Of a DNA stretch of 64,000 nt, positions 53,931 to 64,000 are shown one piece after another. The stretch is taken from positions 80,414,001-80,478,000 of the forward strand of contig OX597823.1 of the NCBI GenBank assembly GCA_951406725.2. The letters run 5' to 3'. The stretch is from Octopus vulgaris (lineage: Eukaryota). The position numbers and the translations under genes are program-made. Position 1 is the stretch's first letter. Every line of letters starts with the position of its first letter. The notes under the pieces are model-generated. The model saw only the letters and a list, made by a program, of their open reading frames with translations, was not told where the DNA came from and searched no databases.

Positions 53931-56389
53931 AACCATAGCCCACAAACAGCTTAATAATAAGTTATTTTACTAAATTTTTCATAACTTTCAAAATTAATTG
54001 AAACAGAAGCAGTAACATAAGGAAAAATCTATTCATTTGAAATGGAAAATATGGCAGCATTATAGTAACATGAGAGATAAGCACATTTTAAGCTTCAATT
54101 AGATATATTACATTAAGTGGGCACACATGCAAGGAAACTAACTGAAGTTACATATTTCAGAGTCATCTTAATTTTCATTAATGACCTCTTAAAAAGTGCA
54201 AATTATGATTATAATTTCTTTTTGGTGCACTTAAACTGTTTAATAAAATAATGCATGTCCTTTATGAATTAATGCTTGTCTTTTATACAAGGAAACCAAA
54301 TTTTAGTACTGGTTGCTTTCTATGGTGGGGGACAATTTAAATGTTTGAGCATTATAAGGACACTGCAATTCATCTTCAACATATATCATTAAGATTTAGT
54401 GTCTGTTTTCCATTCTGGCATGGGTTGGGTGGCTTGACAGGAAGTGGCAAGGCCATGGGCCACTCCATATCCCAGTCTGTTTTTGGCTTGATTTCTATGG
54501 CTGGTCGCCCTTCCTAATGCCAACCACTCCAGAGAGTGTACTGGGTGCATTTCATGTGGCACCAGCGCCAGTATTTTTTACATGGCACCAGCACCCACAA
54601 TGTAATCTACAAGCAAAAGGGTGATCTTTAATTACAATTTATTAATTAATAAATATAATCTACATATGTAATTAGCACTCTTTAACTTGCATTGTGAACC
54701 AACTTGTAAAATATTGCATGTAGGATGGATGCATGCACATGTATTTGCTAGTTTTACATCCATTTTTGTATGCTTGCAATCAATTGGCAAAAATAATTTG
54801 AGATATTATTTTCCAACTAACTTAAGGCAGCAAGCTGGGAGAACCATTAACATGCCAAACAAAGGGCCTTGTGGCCTTTCGTCCATCTTTATGGTCTGAG
54901 TTCAAATTCTGCTGAGGTCAACTTTGCCTTTCATCCTTTTTGGGGTCAATAAACTATCACCTAAGCACTGGAAACAATGTAATTGACTAACCCACTCCCC
55001 AAAATGTCAGGCCTTGTGCCTATTGTAGAAATGGCTATTATAAAGCCCCTTAAGGTGGCAAGCTGGCTGAACCGTTAGGATGCCGGGCAAAAATGCTTAG
55101 CAGTATTCCATCCATCTTTACATTCTGAGTTCGAATTCTCCCAAGGTTGACTTTGCTTTTCATTCTTACAGGGTTGACAAAATAAATACGTCAGGTACTA
55201 GGATAGATGTAATCGACTTTACTCTTCTCTTAAAAAACTACTGACCCTCAGCCAGATCCACTTTCTGACAGTAACTCTTGCCTGTTTTTCAAGTAAGGGA
55301 TTACTTATCTTACACGGCTTGAAGGCATGATGTGCTAGGTCAATTTGCTGACAGTAGTTTCGGATCTTTTCGGTTTGAATGGCAGTTTTTTAAAATAATT
55401 TCCACGTAACTAAACACTTTTAAACTTCGTATACTGGTAGAATGTGTTTATAAAACATCTTTTTCTCTTGAGAAAATTCTATAGTTTGTAAGATATTTGT
55501 TGGTTTTTTTCTTCAATTTCTACAATTTCAACCAATCAATGACCGTCTATTGAGGTGAAAACATTCTTTGCCGTATGAATATGTCCCTCGTTTAAGAAAC
55601 AGATTAGGTTTATTTACATTTCAGAAGAAAAAAGATACCCTTACCCCACCCCTAACCCTAAAATAGATTGAAATGCAATAGATCGATACTAGGGTCATAA
55701 TTATGGGTGACAATTTCTAACAGCAACACCGTCTACTGCACTTTTGTGCAAGCACAATTTTATGTGAAGATGTAATTACAAGCATGCAGTCGTCTTTCAG
55801 CTTCTGTCACATACAGTCGTCTTTCTGTTTCTGTCAACTAAATTCACTCACAGGGCTATATTAGAAGCTTCTTGCCCAACGTGACACACAGCAGAACCGA
55901 ACCCAAAATTGCATGGTTGAGAAACTTTTCAGTCCTACAGCCGTACCTAGCTAAATTCTTACTAAATTTAAGCGAGTCGAAGGTCACTGTTTACATACTC
56001 TATTCAAAGTATGGTGTCATATTTTCCGGCATGAATGACACACGTTTTATGTTAAAAAAAAACTTCATAATTACTCTGATCTTACACAATGCTAGTTGAG
56101 AACTGCAGAACAATTATAGTGAAGAACAGCAAACCATCAGATAGCCAGGGATTGTTTATTTCATTCAACGAGTATGAGTGAGTACTCCACTGGTTTACCT
56201 GCTAATTTTGTCTGATTGCCCACCAAGCACTTCTCGATTTTGTGAACAGGGCTCTGGTGAGTATACAAACTCAGATTTTTCTACTTTCACTTCTGACAGC
56301 TAATACCATGACAGTGCCTTTTATTTTTAATTACATATCCAAAATCGGGATGCCATTGTCTCTAACGCAACATACGGTAACCAGATTTA

Positions 56390-56699
56390 GGTACTACTTA
56401 AGAAGAGTGGTCCTGATGCGCGCACTCGCTTAGTCGGGCATCCGCGCTAGCTAGTCGTGACTAGTCGATCCTTACTTTGTGTTTTTGTATTTTATTTACT
56501 TTGTTTTGAAAAATTATTTGTTTTTGTTTTATTTACTTTGTTTCAAAAAATTATTTACTTTGTGTAAAAAAAATTATTTATTTTGTGCTCTATTTACTTT
56601 ACTAGGTAGTCGTTGTATAATCGACTAGTCACGACTAGCTAGTGCGACCTCGCGAGCGCACGAGTGCGCGGACCGGGACCACTCTTCTTAAGTAGCACC
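56390..56699. mobile_element. 310-bp TIR element (MITE-like) with 19-bp flanking direct repeats
   Basis: TIR GGTACTACTTAAGAAGAGTGGTCC / GGACCACTCTTCTTAAGTAGCACC; flanks CATAC(G/A)GTAACCAGATTTA at 56371-56389 and 56700-56718. Confidence 0.85.
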
Positions 56700-57062
56700 C
56701 ATACAGTAACCAGATTTACACAATGTCAGTTGAAGGATTGTAACAAAAAATTAAATCATGTCAGTTTCAACTACATTCGTTTGAAACTTTGATAAGAAAG
56801 AAATAGCTGTGTGTGTGTGTGCGTGTGTTTCTTTTTGGAAGTCTAAATGTACGTAGGCAGAGAAATGAAACAGAAAGTGATGGGGAATTTTTGTTGTTAT
56901 TCAATCTGGTGAATGTAACAGCCAAATATTTCAGCGATAGCACAAACAACAGTACAAGGTCAGAGCAAGATGTGTGTCGAAATGTAGATGATTTAATAGG
57001 CTACTTTTGTAATATGGTTCACATCAAAACAAAGCTGTCTGAATTCTAATAATCTTAATTAC

Positions 57063-57154
57063 CTTGGTCACAGTTTTCTCCTGACCAACCTCTGCAACAC
57101 ACATCAACTGTGATATTGCGAAGTTCTCTGGTTGGCTTTTGAACTATGTGGTTC
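57063..57154 (-). CDS. Exon: EMI-like domain, C-terminal part
   Basis: tttcag|G...G|gtaatt; NHIVQKPTRELRNITVDVCCRGWSGENCDQ with the CCxGWxGxxC signature. Confidence 0.92.
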
Positions 57155-57466
57155 CTGAAAGAAATAAAATACAGACTTGAAGTTAGTATTTGGGGTTCAA
57201 TAATAAATGTGTGAAGTGTGTGAAAGCTCACGATTGTAAGCTCGTGAGGTCGTTCCTTGTAACGTGTTGTGTCCTTGAGCAAGACATTTTATTTCACGTT
57301 GCTCCAATTCACTCAGCTGGTAAAAATGAGCTGTACCCGTAATTCAAATGGCCAGTCTTGTCACATTCTGTGTCATGCTGAATATCCCTTGAGAGCAACG
57401 TTTGTGGAGTGCTCAGCCACTTGTATATTAATTTCAAGAGTAGGCTGACCTGTTGATCGTCATAAC

Positions 57467-57977
57467 CGACATTGCCTATATAATCTGCATTTTTTCCCCA
57501 AAATTTAATGGTCAAAATCCCTAGTGCGTACTATATACGAAGTTAAAAATGAAAATTATTTTCTAAGCAATGTCTGAGTCTCTATTTGCTGTCCGGCAAT
57601 GTTAATTCAGACGCATTTTGTGATGTCAGGCACGAAAATACCTTAAGCTAAGCCTGAAAGCAATGAAGTCATAAAAGAATCATCCATAACTTGCAGTAAG
57701 CAACATTTATTAAACGTTATTACTGTTATTTCTTTATTTTCTGCAAACAAAATGCACAAAAAGGCGACACGTTTGCATTATGTTATATATACAATAATAA
57801 TACAGGACGTTACCGTATACATTTTTACAAACCAAGGACGTTATATAGACTTCCTTGACTCAAGTTAGAGAAGGGGTGCGCATTATACACAAGGTTTAGG
57901 TTTTTCAGAGGTATAGCCCCCCTAAAAATCCCCTGCGCATTATACTCAAGGGCGGACTATACTCGAGGAGTTACGGT
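57467..57977. mobile_element. pogo/Tigger-like non-autonomous DNA transposon
   Basis: Ends in ...TATACTCGAGGAGTTACGG; matching TIR fragment CCGTAACTCTTCGAGTATAGT at 58162; left end degenerate. Confidence 0.55.
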
Positions 57978-57985
57978 CTATATAT

Positions 57986-58046
<61 letters not shown>

Positions 58047-58083
58047 CATATACATACACATACATACATATACATACATATAC

Positions 58084-58150
<67 letters not shown>

Positions 58151-58429
58151 AGAGAGAGAGACCGTAACTCTTCGAGTATAGTATATATATATATATATAC
58201 ATACACAAATTTTATGGCATAAAAGACGATCGGGCATATTAGACGCATCCTAAATTTCAGGAGGACATATTCAGGAAAAAGTATTTAGTTCTTTGAAGCT
58301 TATGGACGACCAAACTTCGCGTAGAGAAATTTTAGAGACATAATTTCTTTTTTAGTGGTGGTGGGGTTTATATGCATCTTATATGCAATCGAATATGGTA
58401 CACATTGCAGTCTTATTAAATTCACTCAC

Positions 58430-58588
58430 CATTTAATTTTGCAGAAACCTTTTTCGGCCTTGTATTCCAAAATTTCCATGTTTCGATCTTCGTTCACTCT
58501 GGTACATCGTTCGAAATCAAGTATTTCTGTTTCTATGACTCTTCTCGTTGTGTTTACCAAAGTCTGGATTGTATCCTTGCAAAAATGG
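58430..58588 (-). CDS. Exon: EMI-like domain, N-terminal part
   Basis: tttcctccag|C...TG|gtgagt; HFCKDTIQTLVNTTRRVIETEILDFERCTRVNEDRNMEILEYKAEKGFCKIK(W); phase 2-2. Confidence 0.85.
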
Positions 58589-61310
58589 CTGGAGGAAAAG
58601 AAAATACAAGTCTTTAGAAATTCGTTTCTGTAATTACGCGTTTAAATATTTCTCTTAAAGAAATCAAAAACAAGAAAAGAATCGATTTAGTTTCATTTTT
58701 CTAAACTTGGACATTCATCTTCCCGTTTTAATTTTTTATAATATTTCACATAGTTTTCAATTTATCATTACGATAGTCTTCTAGTTTGCTCTTCATATCC
58801 CTGAACATATCCTTTTGCTGGCTTCAAACTAAGAATCACGAAAAATACCTTGTATTACAAATAAATATTCTGCAAATCCGCGAGGGAATCGCTATGTTGT
58901 CACTCAGCCAGCTAGAAATAGCAGCCAGATTTCCCTCCAATAACACCTTATTGTCTTAAAAAGCAGTAAGGTATCTAGGACTTGAGTTTACCTGTCTCAG
59001 ATTATGGATTTGTACATGTGTAGCTATATTATCCCGTGTCATGTTCTGATTTCAAAATCTCTTTAAAACGTAATCTCTAGTCATAAAGTGAAGCCGATCT
59101 AATCAATTTAACCCTATTCCCGATAAAATTTTATTCTTGTGTCAATGAAAGACATTGGGTTAGTACCAAAATAATTGCGCTTGTAATTAATTTAGAATTT
59201 TATGCTTATTTTAGAACAAAACTATGTTCATGTAATACACCATTTTGAAACGTAAATTTCGATATATGGACTTATGTTAATGACTTTTCGCCTTGCGTAT
59301 TTTTTTTTTTTTTTTAAGTGCCAAATTAAATCAAAGACGGTGGGGAAAAGCAAATTTGGCAATCTTTCGTCTCTAGTAGATCTTTCCGTCGATTTCCGTA
59401 AAAAAAATTTTTTTTTTTACATATGGGCTTGCGGGAACTTTTGAAGTAATGAGAGCGAAAGAGACTAAGAGAAAGCGATTGTATGACGAGGGAAGTTCTT
59501 TTGAAGTTACCGTGCATGGGAGCATTGATGTACATGTGTGTGTGTGTGTTTGATGGGGTGTGGGAGACAGACAGTATGTTGTGTAATCGACGGAAAGGTC
59601 TACTAGAGACGAAAGATCGCCGCAAATTTTATTGTAGGAGTTCAAAATAAAACGCAAAGCAGCGGAAATTGCTCGCAATATTAACTAGGCATTTGACCTG
59701 GGAGCACCATGTAGCAATTCTATTAGATCTATTGGATCTAAATTTTCCATTGTGGAGACAGAAGCCTTGAAGACAAGGCGGGTTGTAGATTTTTTTATTT
59801 ATTTATTTATTTTTTGCAACTCGCAATGACCAATTGATGGCCATTGTTTAAGAGAGTTTACAGAGTTAAAGTTTCAGCATTCAATTATTCTTCGATATTT
59901 ACAGTGTGTTGGGAAGTAGGATTAGAAAAAAAAACTCGATGATAAATGAGTTATTCATTGACTGAATGAAAGTTTTTTTTTTTAAATGCCGGCATGGCTG
60001 TGTGGTAAGAAATTTGCTTCCCAACCACACGGTTTCGGGTTTAGGCCCCCAATGCGTGGCACCTTGGGCAAATATATTCTACTACAGCGTCGAGTTGACC
60101 AAAGCCTTGTGAGTAGATTTGGATTTGGGAGACGGAAACTGAAAGAAGCCCGTCTTATGTGTGTGTGTGTGTGCTCGCGCGCGCGAAGACGCATCGCTCA
60201 GGGGTTAGAGCGTCGTACTTACAATCATGAAGTAGTGAGATCGATTCCCTGACCGGGCTGTGTGTTTGTGTTCTCTCCTTACTAACGGTCAGCCTAATTT
60301 TAGGCTAACGTATCTTAGAGTTTTATTCTTTAATGATAGTTTTAAAGGGAATTTACTTGCTGCTTCATTAATCCGATAATAGAGGATTTAGTTTTAGTCA
60401 TATTAACAATTTATCTTATAAAAATTATATTAAATATGTTTCGCCTATATTTCTATTGCTCTTGTTTTTACAAATTTAATAATGTTTTCAAGTTTTAGAA
60501 ATTTGCTGCTCCATTCATTATATCTCTCTCGTCAACGAACCAAGGAGGCCGCCATTCGACTTACTAGAAATAGCAACTATATTTTCTTCACATCACACCG
60601 TACGGTCTTAAAATAGAAAGGGGCAAAGTAATGTAGTTTTGCCGGGATGGTGGGGTGTTATTTATAAAAATAATTGGATAGTTATGTTTAGACTGCCTTT
60701 GATCATCGGTCTGCTCAACCAGCGTTAGCAATAACGATAATAGCATAATCTCTCGTCAACCACAAATTAGTGAGGGAATTTACTTCAGAAAATATGTTGC
60801 TTATTTCTATTAGAAAAATAAGTAATAGGTTCAAATTTTGGTGCAAACGGCCAGTAATATCTTAGGAAGGGAGTAAGTCGATTGCATTGAACCCAATATT
60901 CAAGTTTGCTTTTTGATATCGAATTAAAATAGTCTACATAGCAAATTGAGTGACTTTTGAGATAACGAAAATGATAATTTTAAAATGGTGCTTCGTCTGT
61001 CTTTACTCTCTGAATTCAAATTCTGACGATGTCGACTTTGCCTTTCATCCTTTCGGAGTCGATAAATTAAGTACCAGTTGTGTACTGGGGTCGATCTAAT
61101 CGACTGGTCCCCCTCCCCCAAAATTTCGGACCTTGTGCCTAGAGTAGGAAAGAATATTAAAATGGCGTTTTTTTTTTAATTGATGGTTAGTTTAAACAAT
61201 ACATATGATGTATACTTTAAAATGAAGAGGACAACGACCAGATTTACAAGCAGTTTATGTCTATAGGTTGGTGTGTTTATGATGATTAAATGAGAAATTG
61301 TGTGTGTGTG

Positions 61311-61340
<30 letters not shown>

Positions 61341-61347
<7 letters not shown>

Positions 61348-61619
61348 ACCGATCAGGATATCAGATGTTGCTACACATCGCTGGTCACAATGCGCTTCGC
61401 ATTGTTTTAGCCTTCAAGTGACGCCACCCCGCTGGCTAAGCGAGCTGGCCAACAGAAGAAAGAGTGAGATAAAGTTGCGGGGAAAGAGTACAGCAGGGAT
61501 CGCCACCATCCCCTGCCGGAGACTCGTGGAGCTTTTAGGTGTTTTCACTCAATAAACACACACAACGCGATCCTACAACCGCGAGTCCGCTGCCCTAACC
61601 ACTGGGCCATTGCGCCTCC

Positions 61620-61663
<44 letters not shown>

Positions 61664-61745
61664 AGGCGCAATGGTCCAGTGGTTAGGGCAGCGGACTCGC
61701 GGTCGTAGGATCGCGGTTTCGATTCCCAGACCGGGCGTTGTGTGT
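61341..61745. mobile_element. Two tRNA-derived SINE family D copies, head-to-head
   Basis: TGGAGGCGCAATGG(C/T)CCAGTGGTTAGGGCAGCGGACTCGCGG on both strands around a (TA)(TG) spacer; relatives at 23005, 24211, 44503. Confidence 0.8.
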
Positions 61746-62639
61746 GTTTGTATATATATATATAATTTCTCATTTTCATAGACTTATACTCATCGATTTT
61801 CGAACCATATTGGGTTCTAATCAGCGGTATCTACATCATTTGACTAATCCCAGAGAAATAGCCTGTCTGTTAAAATTCTCAACAAAAACAAATCTACTAC
61901 AAAGAACTGGGACTACCAAATAATTGCATACCATAACGGTTATACATGTATGTGTGTGTGTGTGTGTGCATGCTTGTATGTGTGTGTGTGCGTCTATCTT
62001 CTTCAGAGAAATGCGTGTTTTTCGTCCAGTCTGTTGAAAACTTAATATATCATTTACATCAAGGCGCAGGAGTGGCTGTGTGGTAAGTAGCTTGCTAACC
62101 AACCACATGGTTCTGGGTTCAGTCCCACTGCGTGGGACCTTGGGCAAGTGTCTTCCACTATAGCCTCGGGCCGACCAAAGCCTTGTGAGTGGATTTAGTA
62201 GACGGAAACTGAAAGAAGCCCGTCGTATATATGTATATATATATATGTATGTGTGTATATATGTTTGTGTGTCTGTTTGTCCCCCCAACATCGCTTCACA
62301 ACCGATGCTAGTGTGTTTACACAAGCAGTTCGCAGGAATTGCGTTGCTCCAGGCCATTCACTTATAAATGAGCAACCTTACAATGGATTGGGATCTTGTT
62401 CAGTGGGGAAATGTTTAATGTCGGTCGCTTATAGGCCAAGGAAACTGAGTAAACGGCCCTATGAGCCCGAGGATTCGAAGGTATTGATGAGATGATCATC
62501 ATCATTATCGTCATTATCATGAATACCATATAGAGGTATAATAATTGTAAACACGACTGTAGATCATCGTTTGAAAGCAAATGACAAGAAATATGTTCCG
62601 ATCGGACAATCAACTCAAACTTCAGAATCATTTAAATAT

Positions 62640-63222
62640 CGGGTTCAAATTGTGACACAAGGCCAGCAATATCGAGGACGGGTAAATCAATTACGTCGAC
62701 CCCAGTATTCAACTGGTACTTATCTTATCGATCCTCAAAGGGGATGAAAGGTAAAATCGACCTCGGCGGAATTTGTACTCGGAACGTAAAGACGGACAAA
62801 ATACCTATTTCTTTACTATCCACAAGGGGCTAAACACAGAGAGGACAAACAAGGACAGACAAACGGATTAAGTCGATTATATCGACCCCAGTGCGTAACT
62901 GGTACTTATTTACTCGACCCCGAAAGGGTGAAAGGCAAAGTTGACCTCGGCTTAATTTGAACTCAGAACGTAGCGGCAGACGAAATGCCCATTTCTTTAC
63001 TACCCACAAGGGGCTAAACATAGAGGGGACAAACAAGGACAGACAAACGGATTAAGTCGATTACATCGACCCCAGCACGCAACTAGTACTTAATTTATCG
63101 ACCCCGAAAGGATGAAAGGCAAAGTCGACCTCGGCGGAATTTGAACTCAGAACGTAAAGACGGACAAAATACCGCTAAGCATCTCGTCCGACGTGCTAAC
63201 GATTCTATCAGCTCGCCATCTT
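62640..63222 (-). mobile_element. Head-to-tail SINE B array
   Basis: 184-bp units 62806-62989 and 62990-63173 inside a host B-type element. Confidence 0.85.
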
Positions 63223-63499
63223 CAGAATCATTTAAATATTGGTTTCAGGTTTTGACACAAGGCCAACAGGTTTGGCGAAGTGGATAAACCGATTACATCA
63301 ACTCCAGTACTGAACTGGTACTTATTTTATCGATCCCCGAAAAGGACGAAAGCCAAAGTCGACCTTGGTGGAAAGAATCGTTTAAATATTAACATTTTCT
63401 CGGAAACATGTGTCCCTTTTGGGATCGTCATTGTTTAACTGAGTTGAAATTGTAATTCAGTCCTTTAATTTTAATGGCATACAAAACGTAAATTTGTCT

Positions 63500-63759
63500 A
63501 CATTATTTACATTCGACAGATATTTGTCCACATCTTGTTTGTTGTTAACACCGTTACGGCTGATATGCCCTCCAGCCTTCTTCAGGTGTCTTGGGGAAAT
63601 TTCGAACCTGGGTTCTCATTCCTAAAGTATTTTTCGATATTATTATTATTATTATTATTTCCCCAAGACACCTGAAGAAGGCTGGAGGGTATATCAGCCG
63701 AAACGTTGTGTTAACAACAAACAAGATGAGGACAAATATACGTCGAATGTAAATAATGT
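63500..63759. mobile_element. Fold-back remnant of Penelope-like pseudo-LTRs
   Basis: About 100-bp inverted arms (63500-63600 / 63657-63759), each with the hammerhead motif; the minus-strand copy has GAAA>GUAA. Confidence 0.75.
63667..63712 (+). ncRNA. Minimal type I hammerhead ribozyme motif (Penelope-type), canonical C3:G8 core
   Basis: GACAC-CUGAAGA-A-GGCUG(10 nt)CAGCC-GAAA-CG-UU^-GUGUU: stem I GACAC/GUGUU, stem II, palindromic ACGU stem III. Confidence 0.8.
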
Positions 63760-63880
63760 GAATAATGTACATAATTCCTCATCTCTTAAATATAGAACTG
63801 TAAATTTGTCTGTTTGAAATTGCTCAACTATGCCCCGAACATATTTGAACTGGTAATAACCTTGTATTTATACACCTTAC

Positions 63881-64000
63881 TGCTTAGCGATGCCACCCCG
63901 TAATTTGAAATTGTTGTTTACTGGGTAACCCACTAAAAATGATGTCCGGAGATAACACAAACCCGCAATTGTTCTCCTGCATAATGTCACGGAGCAAATA
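63881..64000 (-). CDS. Tentative upstream exon (truncated by window edge)
   Basis: Open frame ICSVTLCRRTIAGLCYLRTSFLVGYPVNNNFKLRGGIAK(H) ending at donor CA|gtaagg, phase 2, compatible with the 58588 acceptor. No recognisable domain motif. Confidence 0.5.

Noticed and set aside
58992-59043. ATG-initiated mini-exon ending CAG|gtaaac as first exon
   Set aside because: Phase 0 is incompatible with the phase 2 acceptor at 58588, and it is not hydrophobic.
61660-61735. Possible tRNA gene
   Set aside because: tRNA-like SINE head: no proper acceptor stem and followed by the SINE body, as in other copies.

Overview
AT-rich, repeat-dense animal genomic DNA, very probably octopus (cephalopod), judged from its SINE and microsatellite content. 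The window is largely the 5' part of one large intron-rich gene on the minus strand. I assembled 23 exons by hand (58588 to 1; 3596 nt, about 1198 codons; all GT-AG introns, phases consistent, no stops) plus one tentative upstream exon at the right edge. The product reads EMI-like, 5x EGF, VWD1-C8-TIL-E, VWD2-C8-TIL-E, TIL'-E', VWD3 (truncated): a D1-D2-D'-D3 protein of the VWF / gel-forming mucin / SCO-spondin / hemolectin superfamily. Introns hold tRNA-derived SINEs, CR1, RTE and R4-like LINE fragments, Helitrons, MITEs and microsatellites. The most notable non-coding signal is a set of unrelated fold-back or Penelope-type repeats carrying minimal type I hammerhead ribozyme motifs. Their cores differ: canonical C3:G8, swapped U3:A8, swapped G3:C8, and an A6U variant. 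Also notable are a TIR element with a 19-bp target duplication and a SINE joined repeatedly to itself at one exact nucleotide. Nearly all ORFs in the supplied track are spurious.
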